DNA of 64,000 nt from contig CAWIAD010000001.1 of NCBI GenBank assembly GCA_963833985.1, positions 736,001 through 800,000 of the forward strand, written 5' to 3'. This DNA comes from an uncultured Planctomycetaceae bacterium (lineage in GTDB: Bacteria > Planctomycetota > Planctomycetia > Isosphaerales > Isosphaeraceae). The translations under genes were made by a program, and so were the position numbers. The notes under the pieces are model-generated. The model had not been told where the DNA came from, ran no database searches, and was given only the letters and a program-made list of their open reading frames with translations. Shown one piece after another: positions 54,389 to 64,000 of this stretch (positions are counted from its first letter, which is position 1; the number at the start of each line of letters is the position of its first letter).

Positions 54389-55347
54389 GCGCCATCGCCA
54401 CGTCGCAGGCCCCTCATGCCCCTGCCGCGCAGCCCGCCGAGCTGGTCCCCGTGGTGCTGGGCGAGTCGATCTACGACCGGGTCACCTCGTTTCTGATGGC
54501 CGTGGTGCTGGGGGCCCTGCTGGTCGTGGGTCTGATGGGCGTCATTTACGTGACGAACCAGGCGTATGCTTCGCGCGTGACATCGCCACTTCAGATCGTC
54601 GAGGTCTCTGGAGGCGGAGGAGGCAGCCCCGACGGTACGCCCGGATCGACGGAGAAGATCGACGTCGCCGGGGCCGACGCAGCGCCACTGGCGTCGAACA
54701 ACGAAGAGGAAGCGGGCGACTTCGAGGAGCCGGCCGTACAGGCCACTCCGGGCGCCATGCTCGACGCGGCCGCCGAGGCGGGCTCGAGCCTGGCCGAGGT
54801 GGACCTGGGCGCGGTGATGCCCACCGGCGGCACCGTCGCCAGCGGCAAGCGAGCCTCCAAGCTGGGCATTGGCGGCCCGGGACTTGGCTTCGGGCCTGGT
54901 GACGGCGGCGTCGCCCGCGAACAGCGCTGGAGCATCATCTACCCGCCCGATCAGACGCCTGAGGAATATGCCCGCCAGCTCGATGCCCTGGGCGTGGAGC
55001 TGGCCGTGGTCTCGGGCCCGGACCAGCTCACCTATCTTTCAAACCTCTCCAGCCCTGAGCCGACCAAGCGCTTCGGGTCGGGCCGCAGCGACGGCCGGCT
55101 CTATTTCCTCTGGCAGGGCAGGGGGCGCAAGGCATCGGATATTGCCCTCATCCAGAAGGCCGGCATCCCGCTGGGCGAGGGTGTGGTGCTCCAGTTCTAT
55201 CCCCGGCCCGTCGAGGAGCAGCTTGCCCAGCTCGAGGTGCGCTATCGCGGCCGGCAGCCCGGTGAGATCCGCGTCACCCGGTTCGGCGTGGTTCCCAAGG
55301 ACGACGGCTACGGTTTTCAGGTCATCGCCCAGGAGACTCTACGGTGA
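54385..55347 (+). CDS. Single-TM protein with acidic/Gly-rich linker and C-terminal globular domain
   Basis: ATGA overlap; one TM helix; REQRWSIIY...YARQLDALGVELA. Confidence 0.75.
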   Translation: MSAIATSQAPHAPAAQPAELVPVVLGESIYDRVTSFLMAVVLGALLVVGLMGVIYVTNQAYASRVTSPLQIVEVSGGGGGSPDGTPGSTEKIDVAGADAAPLASNNEEEAGDFEEPAVQATPGAMLDAAAEAGSSLAEVDLGAVMPTGGTVASGKRASKLGIGGPGLGFGPGDGGVAREQRWSIIYPPDQTPEEYARQLDALGVELAVVSGPDQLTYLSNLSSPEPTKRFGSGRSDGRLYFLWQGRGRKASDIALIQKAGIPLGEGVVLQFYPRPVEEQLAQLEVRYRGRQPGEIRVTRFGVVPKDDGYGFQVIAQETLR

Positions 55348-55444
55348 CCAGGTTGCGCGTTGCCGGCAATCCGCTCGCTTTTCAAGGACGGCAGCCGCTG
55401 GCCGCCACCTTCGTTTCCCTTTCCGCGCGGAGCTGAGCTTCTGC

Positions 55445-58400
55445 ATGGCGACCCTGGAAGTTCACGACGACGCAGGGCGGGTTCAATTCGTGGAGCTGTC
55501 GCACGACCACCCCGCGCTCTTCGGTACCAGCCCGGCATGCGACATCGTCCTTGCCGGCGAAGGGGTTTTCCCTGTCCAGGGCCGGATTCGCTGGAAGAAG
55601 GGCCAGTACCGCGTCGAGGCCTCGCCGGACGCGGAGTACGTGGTGATCAACGGCCACAAGATGTCATCGTCGAGCCTGCATCAGGGCGACGAGATGACCG
55701 TGGGCCCGTGCCGGCTCTTCCTGCTGCGTGTCGACGAGAATGACCAGGCTCAACACGCGCCCCGGCCACCGAAGCGAAGCGACGAGGAACGGACGCGCGT
55801 GCTCGAGGGACCGGGCCATCTGCACTTCGGTCCGGCGCGAACTGCCCCCGGAACCGGCGGGACGACCGCACCGCGTGCCGCCTCGGCTCTGGAGCGTGAC
55901 GACTGGCTGCGCGATCTGGGAACCACGACCGACCAGGCAGAGGACGAGCGGGAGCTCGACCAGCCCCAGGGGCGGTCGACCGCCGTGGCCCGCCGAGCGG
56001 GCTCACCGCCTGCTGTGGCTCCCGGCGCCTTGGCGGGCGATGGGCTACTGGTCCGCCTGCGAGCCTGGGTCACCGCGCTGCGCGACAGGCGCGCCCATGC
56101 TCCCGGCCGCGAGCGCCTGGTCTCGTCTCCCCTGGTCGTGGGGCTGGTCGCTGCGCTGGGACTGCTTGTTCTGCTGGGGCTGGGACTGCGGTCGATCATT
56201 GCCAGGACGCTGGCGGATCAGCAGTACAATCACGCCGTTGAGCACATGGAGGACGGCGACTATCGGACGGCGATCCGTGATTTCGACGTCTTCATGACGA
56301 ACCATCCCGAGGATTCCCGGGTCGCCAAAGCCAGGGTCTTGCGGGCCCTGGCCAACGTCCGGCAATACATCAGCGTTTCCGGCGGCACGTGGTCGACGGC
56401 TCTCGAAGCCGCGCGAGATGTACGACCAGGTCGGCGGCGACCCGGAGTTCCGAGATGAACGCGTGGAGCTGGCCGAGCAGGTGATCAAGATCGGCGAAGG
56501 GCTCGCCGATCGGGCCCGGCGCTCGGCCGACACGAAAGCCTTGGCCGAGGCGGAGTCGTGCGTTCCATTACACGCGCAGGTGGCCGGCGAGCCGGCGCCG
56601 GCGTTCCTCAAGCGGTCGCGGCTCCCCGGGCTGCTGGACGAGGCGCGGGCCGCGGTGCGCAAGGCCGACGTCCGCGCGCGTGCCCTGGAGGCCATGGACC
56701 GGGCGATTGCCGCCGGATCAGCGTCCGGCGCCTACAAGGCGCGTGACGGGTTGATCGACCGATACGCCGACCTGTCGCAGGATCCGGAGCTGATCCGCCG
56801 CATGACCCAGGCCAACGAGCTGATCCGCCGCGGGGTCAAGGTTGATCCCGCGCAAGAGCGCGGCCACGGTTCCCCGCGCCGAGCCGCTCGGACCTGCGGT
56901 GAGCCTGGTCCTTCGCTCCGGCAGCAGCCGGCCCGCGGCCGCGCCGGCCGCCGACGCCATCGCCTACGCCGTGGCCGATGGCTTCGCGTACGCTCTCGAC
57001 GCCGCAACGGGCGCTCCCCTCTGGCAGGTTCCTGTCGGCCTGGCGGCACCCTACGCGCCCCATCCGGTCGCGGGCGATGCCACGGTACTGGTTGTTGACG
57101 CCCGGCACGACGACCTGCTGCGCCTGGATGCGCGCTCCGGAAAGGTCATCTGGCGGCACGGGCTCGGCGAGCCCGTGGAGGGCCCGCCCCTGGTGCTCGG
57201 CGAGCAGCTCTTCCAGGTATTGCCCGGCGGCAGCATGACGGTCTTGTCCCTGAAATCGGGTGAGCAGGAATCGCGGGTGAACCTGGGCGTGCCGCTCTCG
57301 CGCGGAGCGGCCAGCGACGAGCAAGGCCGCTTTCTCTACCTGCTGGGCCGGCGCGACAGCCTGTTCGTGCTCGCGCGCGAGGGGCTGTCCTGCCTGGCTG
57401 TTGAGTACCTCGGGCATGAGGAAGGCTCGATCGTCTGCTCACCGCTACGGATCGGCCGGTATCTGATCGTGGTGGAGAACGACAGTCCCAGCGACAGCCG
57501 CTGGCGGGTCATGCTGCTGGATGAGGAGGGGGCCAGGGTGCGTCCGGTGCAGCGAGTGGACGTTCCCGGTTGGAGCTGGTCTCTGCCGGCAGCCTCGGGA
57601 TCGGTCCTCTGGGCGACCGGAGACAAGGGCGGAGTGGAGGCATTCGCGCTGGGCGATTACACCAGCAAGTCGCCACTGCGCTCGCTGGCGCGGCTGAATC
57701 CCGACGCGGCCGCTTCGGGGCCCGCGTTCGGCCTGGCGCTCTCCGAGCGCGAACTCTGGCTGGCTGCGGGACGGTCCGGCCGGTTCCTGCTCGACCCTGA
57801 GCGTGGCGAGATCGCGGTCCAGGCGGCCGTGAACCAGACCGGGCCTGCGCTCCAGCCGGTACGGTCCGCGGGACGCCGGGTGATCCTCACCTTCCAGGAC
57901 GCGCGCACCGGCGGGGTCTCGCTCTTCGGCGTCGATCCCCGCCTGGGCTCCACGGCGTGGCAGACCGTTCTGGGAGCGCCCTGGCCCACCGCGCTGGAGC
58001 CGGGGCGCGACGCCGGGGGCGTGCGGTGCCTGGGGCAGAACGGCCGGCGGGTCGCCCTGTCACAGACGCTCTTGAGGACGGGCGGCTTCGTCGAGGTTCC
58101 CTTGCCCCATGCCGGTGAGCTGGTGGTCCCTGCTGGCAAGTTGCTGTCCCTCGGGACGGGCAGCCAGCCAGGCCTGGTGATCGCGCCAGCGCCCGGAGCC
58201 ACGGCGGTGTGGGTTGAGGACGGCAAGGACTCCGGCCAGTGGCGGCCACTTGAACTTCCCTCGGCACTGGCGGCAACCCCGCTGGCCTGGGGAGCGAACC
58301 TGCTGGTTCCCGGCCGCGACGGCCGTGCCTACCTGATCGACCCGGTCACGGCCGAGTCCAGGGCCGAACCGCTGGTTCCCGTTTACAGCCGCGAGCGCAA

Positions 58401-59034
58401 GGGGAACTGGCGGACACCGATTGCGCTCGACCCGGCCACGGTGGTCCTGGCCGACGATGCCGGCCGGGTGCGCAGGCTGGCCCTCCAGGACAAACCGGTC
58501 CCGCGCCTCACGGTCGAGGCCGAGAAGCTGCTGGATAAAGGCCTCATCGCGGACCCGGCCGCGACGGGCGGCAGCGTGGTGGTGGTCACCGCCGACGGGA
58601 AGGTCCGCGCCCTCTCAGCGCGCGACCTCAGCCCGTTGGGCGCCTGGCCGCTGGAGGCCCCACTGCTGGGCGCTCCGGTCGCCGCCGGCAAGCTTTGCTT
58701 CGTGTTCGACACCGCCGGTGGAGTACTGGCCATCAATGCGGAGGGCCGGCGGACCTGGTCCATCAAGCTCGACGCCCCGGTCGCGGGCGTGCCGATGATC
58801 GAGAACGATCGGGTGTGGCTGCTGGACCGCGAGGGACACCTGCACGCCCGGTCGCTCGCCGACGGCGGTGCCCGGCAGCAAGTCGACCTGGGCGTCCTTC
58901 CCTGCGGCGGACTCTTTCCGCTGGAGGGCATGGTTCTGGTCCCCTCGGCGCGGGGGACCGTGCAATCGCTGTCGCTCGATCTGCCACCAGCGAAGAACAA
59001 CGTGACGCGGAGGACCGAACCATCGACACCCTGA
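55445..59034 (+). CDS. FHA-like domain + TM + TPR-like helices + PQQ/BamB-like beta-propeller protein (frameshifts near 56415 and 56850)
   Basis: FGTSPACDIVL...INGHK...LHQGDEMTVG; TM at ~56130-56200; AIRDFDVFMTNHPEDSR; repeated ALDAATGAPLW / LDARSGKVIW motifs. Confidence 0.8.
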
Positions 59035-59066
59035 GCTCCTCCCCAGGCCGGCGCTGCTTGCTGGCA

Positions 59067-61561
59067 ATGATCGTCGCGCTGGCGGTGGCCGCGGTCGCGC
59101 CGGCGACGCGGACGGGGCGGCTGCGTGCCCAGGAACCGGCGCCTGCCGCCAGGCCCCCGGCGGCCTCCGGACCAATCGACGTGAGCGACCCACTGCGGTC
59201 TCCGCCATTCGACCGGCTCACACTGATTGACGGGGCCGTCCTGATCATCGACCCGGTCAGCCCGCGCCCGCTGCCGCCAGTCGAACCGCCGAAATCAAAG
59301 AACAAGGTGCGGCTCAAGGGAAGCAAGACCGAGATCCCGCTGGAAGGCAACATCGGACTTCCCGGCGAGCCTTCGAAGTTCAGGACGCCGGGCGAGGAGC
59401 GTACGGAGGACCAGAGCGAGGAAGAGAAGAACTCGATCAAGGTGCACCTGCTCCAGGAAGCGGAAGTACGCGACTTCACGCTGAAGCGGTCGAATATCAA
59501 GTCGATCGAGTACTTCGAGGACATCCTGCTGGCCGAGGGCGACCGGCTGGTGCTGGCCCGCGAGTTCGCCCGGGCCTTCGAATGTTTCCTGCGCGTCAAG
59601 AGCCGCAACCCGGGCTGGGCCGGGCTCGCCGACCACGTCAACCGCCTGCTCTACGCGGAAGGCAGCGCGGCGTTGATTGTCGGCGACCACGAGCGCGGGC
59701 TGCGCTTGCTCCGCGAGCTGCTGGAGCGAAACCGCAACTTCCCCGGCCTGCTGGATCGAATTGCCTCGGCCTATGGGGGCTGGATCGCCCGGGCGATCGA
59801 CCTGAAGCGGTTCACGAAGGGCCGGCGGTTCCTGCACGAACTCGAGGAGATGGCCCCTGAGCACCCGGTCGTGCGCGACCTCCGGAACCGCTTCATCGCG
59901 CACGCCGGGGAGCATGTGAAGCAGGCCGAGGCCCACACCGGGGCCGAGCGCCTTGACGAACTGGTGGAGGCGGTCCGCGTGTGGCCGGAGCACCAGGCGG
60001 CGCGGACCCTCTATCAGCGGGCCTTTGAGGAGGTTCCCACCCTTGACGTGGCGGTCTGCGACGTTCCCCGGCCGCTCGGACCGTGGCAGCGATCGCCGGC
60101 CGATGCCCGGGTGACCGGGCTGCTGTACTGGCCAATCCTGGCCGGTGACAGCGACGAGGCGCGGGCCGGCAAGGCGCCGGACAGCTTGTCTCGGGACTGG
60201 AGTCCTCCGATCTCGGCCGGCGGCTCAGCTTCCGCCTGCGCGACGGTATCCTGTGGTCCGACCGGTCGCGCCAGGTCACCGCGGCCGACGTCGCCCGCGC
60301 ACTCATCGACCGGAGCGATCCGAATTCGCCGAAGTTTCAGGCGCGCTGGGCCGAGCTGCTCGATCGCGTCCAGGCGACCGAGGACAACCGGGTCGAGGTC
60401 CGGCTCAATCACCCGCTCTTCAAGCTGGGCGACTGGTTCAACTGGCCTGTCGGCCCGGCACACGGCGGGATCGACGGCCGGGTGGCCACGGTGGACCAGG
60501 GTCGGCGGCTGGTCAGCGACGGCCCCTTCGCGTGTGCCACGGCGTCCGATCGGGTCATCGACCTGCGCCGCAGCGAGAGGATCACGGGCGCCGCGGCGGA
60601 CCAGATGAAACCCGGCACCGTCCGCCGGTTGCGGGAGCTGACTTATCCTCATGCCCGGGCGATGGTCGGGGCCCTGGTGCAGGGCGAGGTGAGCATGGCG
60701 GCGCACGTTCCGGTGGACCAGGTGGCGGTCCTCCAGACCAGCGCGGGCATCAAGGTCGGGAAGTACACGGATCCTCTCTTGCACATGATTGCACTGGACG
60801 GCCGCAACCCCGTCCTCAAGAACCGCTCACTGCGGCGCGGGCTGTCGCACGCCATCAATCGCCGGGTCTTGCTGGAGGAGACGCTGCTGCACCGGCCAGT
60901 GGACGCAACGAACAACGTTGCGGACGGGCCCTTCCCCCGGGGCAGCTACGCCGACGCACCGGGCCTCAAACCCCTGGAGTACAACCCGGGCCTGGCCGTC
61001 ATGCTCGTGGCCGCTGCCCGCAAGGAGCTGGGCGGGGCGGCAATCGAGCTGCGTTTCGAGTATCCCGCCATCCCCGAGGCCCAGGCGGTGGCCCCTCTGA
61101 TCGCCGAGGCCTTCCGGTTCGCCGGCGTCCGGATCGAGACGCTCGAGCGCCCCGAATCGCAGCTCGAGACGGAGCTCCGCACCGGCCGCCGGTTCGACCT
61201 CGCTTACCGTGCGGTCCGCTGCGGCGAGCCCGTCCTGGACGCGGGATTGCTGCTCTGCCCGGGCTACGACTCGCCGCCCGATGCCGACGCCCTCGCCTCG
61301 GCGGCCAGCACGCGCATCCTGCAACTCCTGCTCGAGCTCGAGCGTGCCGCCGATGCGTCCACGGCGCGGGGGCTGGCCATCCAGGTTGACCGCGAGTCAC
61401 GTACCGAACTGCCCGTGCTGCCGCTCTGGCAGATGGCTGACCATTACGCCTGGCGCACCCGGCTCACAGGCCCCGGAGAGACCGCCGACCACCTGTACCA
61501 GGGTATCGAGACATGGGAGATCCGTCCTTGGATTGGCAGCGACCCCTGGAAAAAGCCATGA
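59067..61561 (+). CDS. Family 5 ABC-type substrate-binding domain protein with large N-terminal helical region (frameshift near 60185)
   Basis: After reframing: FRLRDGILWSD..VTAADV; GPF; LKNRSLRRGLSHAINR; ELPVLPLWQ. Confidence 0.8.
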
Positions 61562-63297
61562 CCGATTCGTTTCCTGACGGTACGGGAGCAGGGCCGGGCC
61601 GGCGCGTCCGCATTGCGGCGGTCTGCCTTTTCCGCGCGTTGCTGGTCTGCTCGCTGGCATCGCGCGGGTCCTCAGGCATTGAACTCCTGCCGGCGGTCTC
61701 CGGTGAGGACGCCGCCAGGCCAGGCCCCGCACCGGCCGCACCGGCCGCGACGCCAGCCCCTGCTGCTCCCGAGGCGATCGACCGCCAGCCCTACCGGATC
61801 GAGCTTCATCTTGCGTTCGATCCCTCCGCCCGGATCGATGGGGCGCGCCGTACCGCGCTGCTCAAGGAGTGGCTGGCGCAGGTGCGCCGGTTCGTCGGCC
61901 CACCCTGGATCGTCACCGTCGCGGCCCAGCCCAGCCCCCTGGCCAGCGGCGACCTGGAAGCCCTCGAGCCCGAGGCATTCGCCAGGTTCCATACTTCCTT
62001 CGACAAGATCTGGCTGGTTCGGATCGCCTCGGCCTTGACGGGCTCGGGCCTGGAATTCTCCGGCAGAGAGTACGACGCGGCGACGCGCCGCCTCGGGCCA
62101 CTCCAGAAGCACACGGCCTTCGTGCTGGCCGACGCTCCCAGGGCGCTGCTCCAGTTCGCGCTGGAGCTTTTCAGTCCCACCGCGCTCATCACGGGGCAAG
62201 AGGGCGGCCGCGCCTTGCTTCTGGTGCGCGGAGGATCCATCCTGCCAGCCAGCGAGCTGGGCAGGGTCGCGTCCCGGGGGATGGTCTTCTTCCCGGTTCG
62301 CCTCATCACGATGCGCGATCAATCGATTGCCGTCCGGCGCATCGCCTTCTCGTATCTGCTCGTGGAGGAAGCCAATGGCGCCGTCGCGCGGTGCGCCATC
62401 GTCAGCGCACTGCGTGACCCGCTGACACAGCGCGTGGCGCGGCCGAACACGCTGGCGGCGATTGGCATCAAGCCGGGCAACAACACGCTCCGGCTCAGGT
62501 TCATCAGCCGCAACGACAAGTCGCCGGCGGCGGGCTACACGCTCTATGCTCGTACCGTGCCCGACGGCCTGCCCCAGGACCTGGGAATGACGGACCGAGG
62601 GGGTCGGATCGCCTTGCGGCCGGGCTTTGCCCAGGGCCTCGTGGTGCTGCGGCTGGTGGCCGGAACCTCGGAGCCGCTGGTCGAGTTCCCCATCATGCCC
62701 GGCGAGAGTGGCGATGAACGCGAGATCCCCATTGATCCGAAGCCGCTCTCCATCGCCTTTCAGGTGCAGCTCGACGCGCTGCGCGACGAGGTCATCGACC
62801 TGGTGGCCCAGCGCTCGCGGCTGGAGAAACGGCTTGAGGCCCGGCTCCAGGGCGAGGACTACGACGGCGTGGCGGAGGGGCTCAAGGAGTTCGCCCTGCT
62901 CCCCACTCGCGAACTCTTCGCCGAGCGCCTGAACAAGCTGAAAGACGAGGCCACGCGGCAGCAGGCTGAATCCAGAACTCCGGTGCTGTCCAAGAACCTC
63001 CAGGCGCAGTTCAGCGAGTTGCAGGCACTCATCGACCGCTACCTGGAGAACGACGCCTTTCAATCATACACCGAGGCGCTTGAGCGCAAGTCAGCGGAGC
63101 GCGGAGGAGCCCCGGCCGGCAAGAAAGCCGCGGCCCGAAAACCCGCGAGCCCCACGGCTCCGACGGCCGTCACGAACGCGGCTGCCGCGCCGCCGGACCG
63201 GCCCGCGTCCGCGCCCGCGGCGCCCGCTGCTGCACCCGGTTCCGCCCGGAAGCCGGCTGTGCCCCGGAAGCCGGCTTCCGGAGCGCCACCCTTCTGA
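61558..63297 (+). CDS. Secreted hypothetical protein with C-terminal coiled coil and Ala/Pro tail
   Basis: ATGA overlap; N-terminal hydrophobic segment; 579-aa open frame. Confidence 0.75.
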   Translation: MTDSFPDGTGAGPGRRVRIAAVCLFRALLVCSLASRGSSGIELLPAVSGEDAARPGPAPAAPAATPAPAAPEAIDRQPYRIELHLAFDPSARIDGARRTALLKEWLAQVRRFVGPPWIVTVAAQPSPLASGDLEALEPEAFARFHTSFDKIWLVRIASALTGSGLEFSGREYDAATRRLGPLQKHTAFVLADAPRALLQFALELFSPTALITGQEGGRALLLVRGGSILPASELGRVASRGMVFFPVRLITMRDQSIAVRRIAFSYLLVEEANGAVARCAIVSALRDPLTQRVARPNTLAAIGIKPGNNTLRLRFISRNDKSPAAGYTLYARTVPDGLPQDLGMTDRGGRIALRPGFAQGLVVLRLVAGTSEPLVEFPIMPGESGDEREIPIDPKPLSIAFQVQLDALRDEVIDLVAQRSRLEKRLEARLQGEDYDGVAEGLKEFALLPTRELFAERLNKLKDEATRQQAESRTPVLSKNLQAQFSELQALIDRYLENDAFQSYTEALERKSAERGGAPAGKKAAARKPASPTAPTAVTNAAAAPPDRPASAPAAPAAAPGSARKPAVPRKPASGAPPF

Positions 63298-63348
63298 GGT
63301 TGCAGTCGCTATCAAGGACCTGGCCGGAGGTGTGCAAACTGGGCCGGA

Positions 63349-63936
63349 TCATCCATGGGCCGTCGAACCCGCCTCGGCGGTATCGCTCTCCGGCACTGCC
63401 GCTCTGGACTTGCCCCGGGTGAACAACTTCGCCAGCATTGCACCGCCGCGAAAGAGCCGGAGCAACGCGGGTGTGGACAGGTTGTCGATGTGGCTGTACC
63501 AGACCGTGACCATCCGGGTGAACTCGAGCATCTTGTCGAGCTGCTCCCGGGTGTACTGCTCGGAGTCGTCGCCGGCCTTGGCCTCGCGGACGCAGTTCTC
63601 CAGCAGGGCGATGGTCGGATCCATCTCTCTGCGCTTGCGTTCGGCCATGATCACGCGGAACGTTTCCATCACGTCCTTGAGCGCCTCGAAACGGTCGCGG
63701 CGGTCACCGATGATGTGCACGCGGCGGACCACTCCCCACGTGATCAGCTCGCGCAGGCTTGTCGAGACGTTGGAGCGGCTGACGTCGAGCAGCTTGCTGA
63801 TCTCCTCGGCATCCAGCGGGCTGGGTGAGACGAATAGCAAGGCGTGAACCTGGGCCATCGTCCGGTTGATGCCCCAGGCCTGTCCCATCTCGCCCCAGTG
63901 CAGCACGAACTTCTGTGCGGCCGGTGTCAGGTTCAC
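63349..63936 (-). CDS. GbsR/MarR family transcriptional regulator
   Basis: FVLHWGEMGQAWGINRTMAQVHALL, VSRSNVSTSLRELITWG. Confidence 0.92.
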   Translation of the reverse strand: MNLTPAAQKFVLHWGEMGQAWGINRTMAQVHALLFVSPSPLDAEEISKLLDVSRSNVSTSLRELITWGVVRRVHIIGDRRDRFEALKDVMETFRVIMAERKRREMDPTIALLENCVREAKAGDDSEQYTREQLDKMLEFTRMVTVWYSHIDNLSTPALLRLFRGGAMLAKLFTRGKSRAAVPESDTAEAGSTAHG

Positions 63937-64000
63937 GGTCTCTTCCGCAAGAACTGCTGTGACGGTCTCTACGGAAATATTACTCGGGTGAGCAGGCCGG

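Overview
High-GC bacterial window whose gene content (DUF4058, prenyltransferase/HEAT and FHA/PQQ-propeller proteins, lpxA, rex, ribD, IHF, molybdenum-cofactor genes) suggests a planctomycete (Isosphaera/Singulisphaera-like; inference). About a dozen single-base frameshifts look like long-read indel errors. The standout is a nested mobile-element stack at 37.96-44.05 kb. A GTGG-type REP hairpin is split by a complete group II intron (37979-41987), and the intron's candidate EBS1 (UGGAAU) complements a neighbouring REP copy at exactly the insertion position. The intron's reverse transcriptase gene is in turn split at the conserved PQGAPI/SPLL motif by a 2015-bp mini-element encoding a large serine recombinase and a 66-aa ORF. 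The element has perfect 23-bp inverted ends sharing a GATC core. Precise excision would restore a 432-aa RT, create a perfectly palindromic 42-bp attP and give the stop-less recombinase a new C-terminus coupled (ATGA) to the small ORF. Next to it, a GTAG-type REP cluster carries an IS4 element with a ~20-bp target duplication. Also present: IS701 in a secreted hydrolase-like gene, IS5 in a PIN toxin gene, a decayed Y1/RAYT-like transposase, tRNA-Gln(TTG), a MocA-MoaD fusion, a sugar isomerase/oxidoreductase cluster and a five-gene envelope operon of unknown function.
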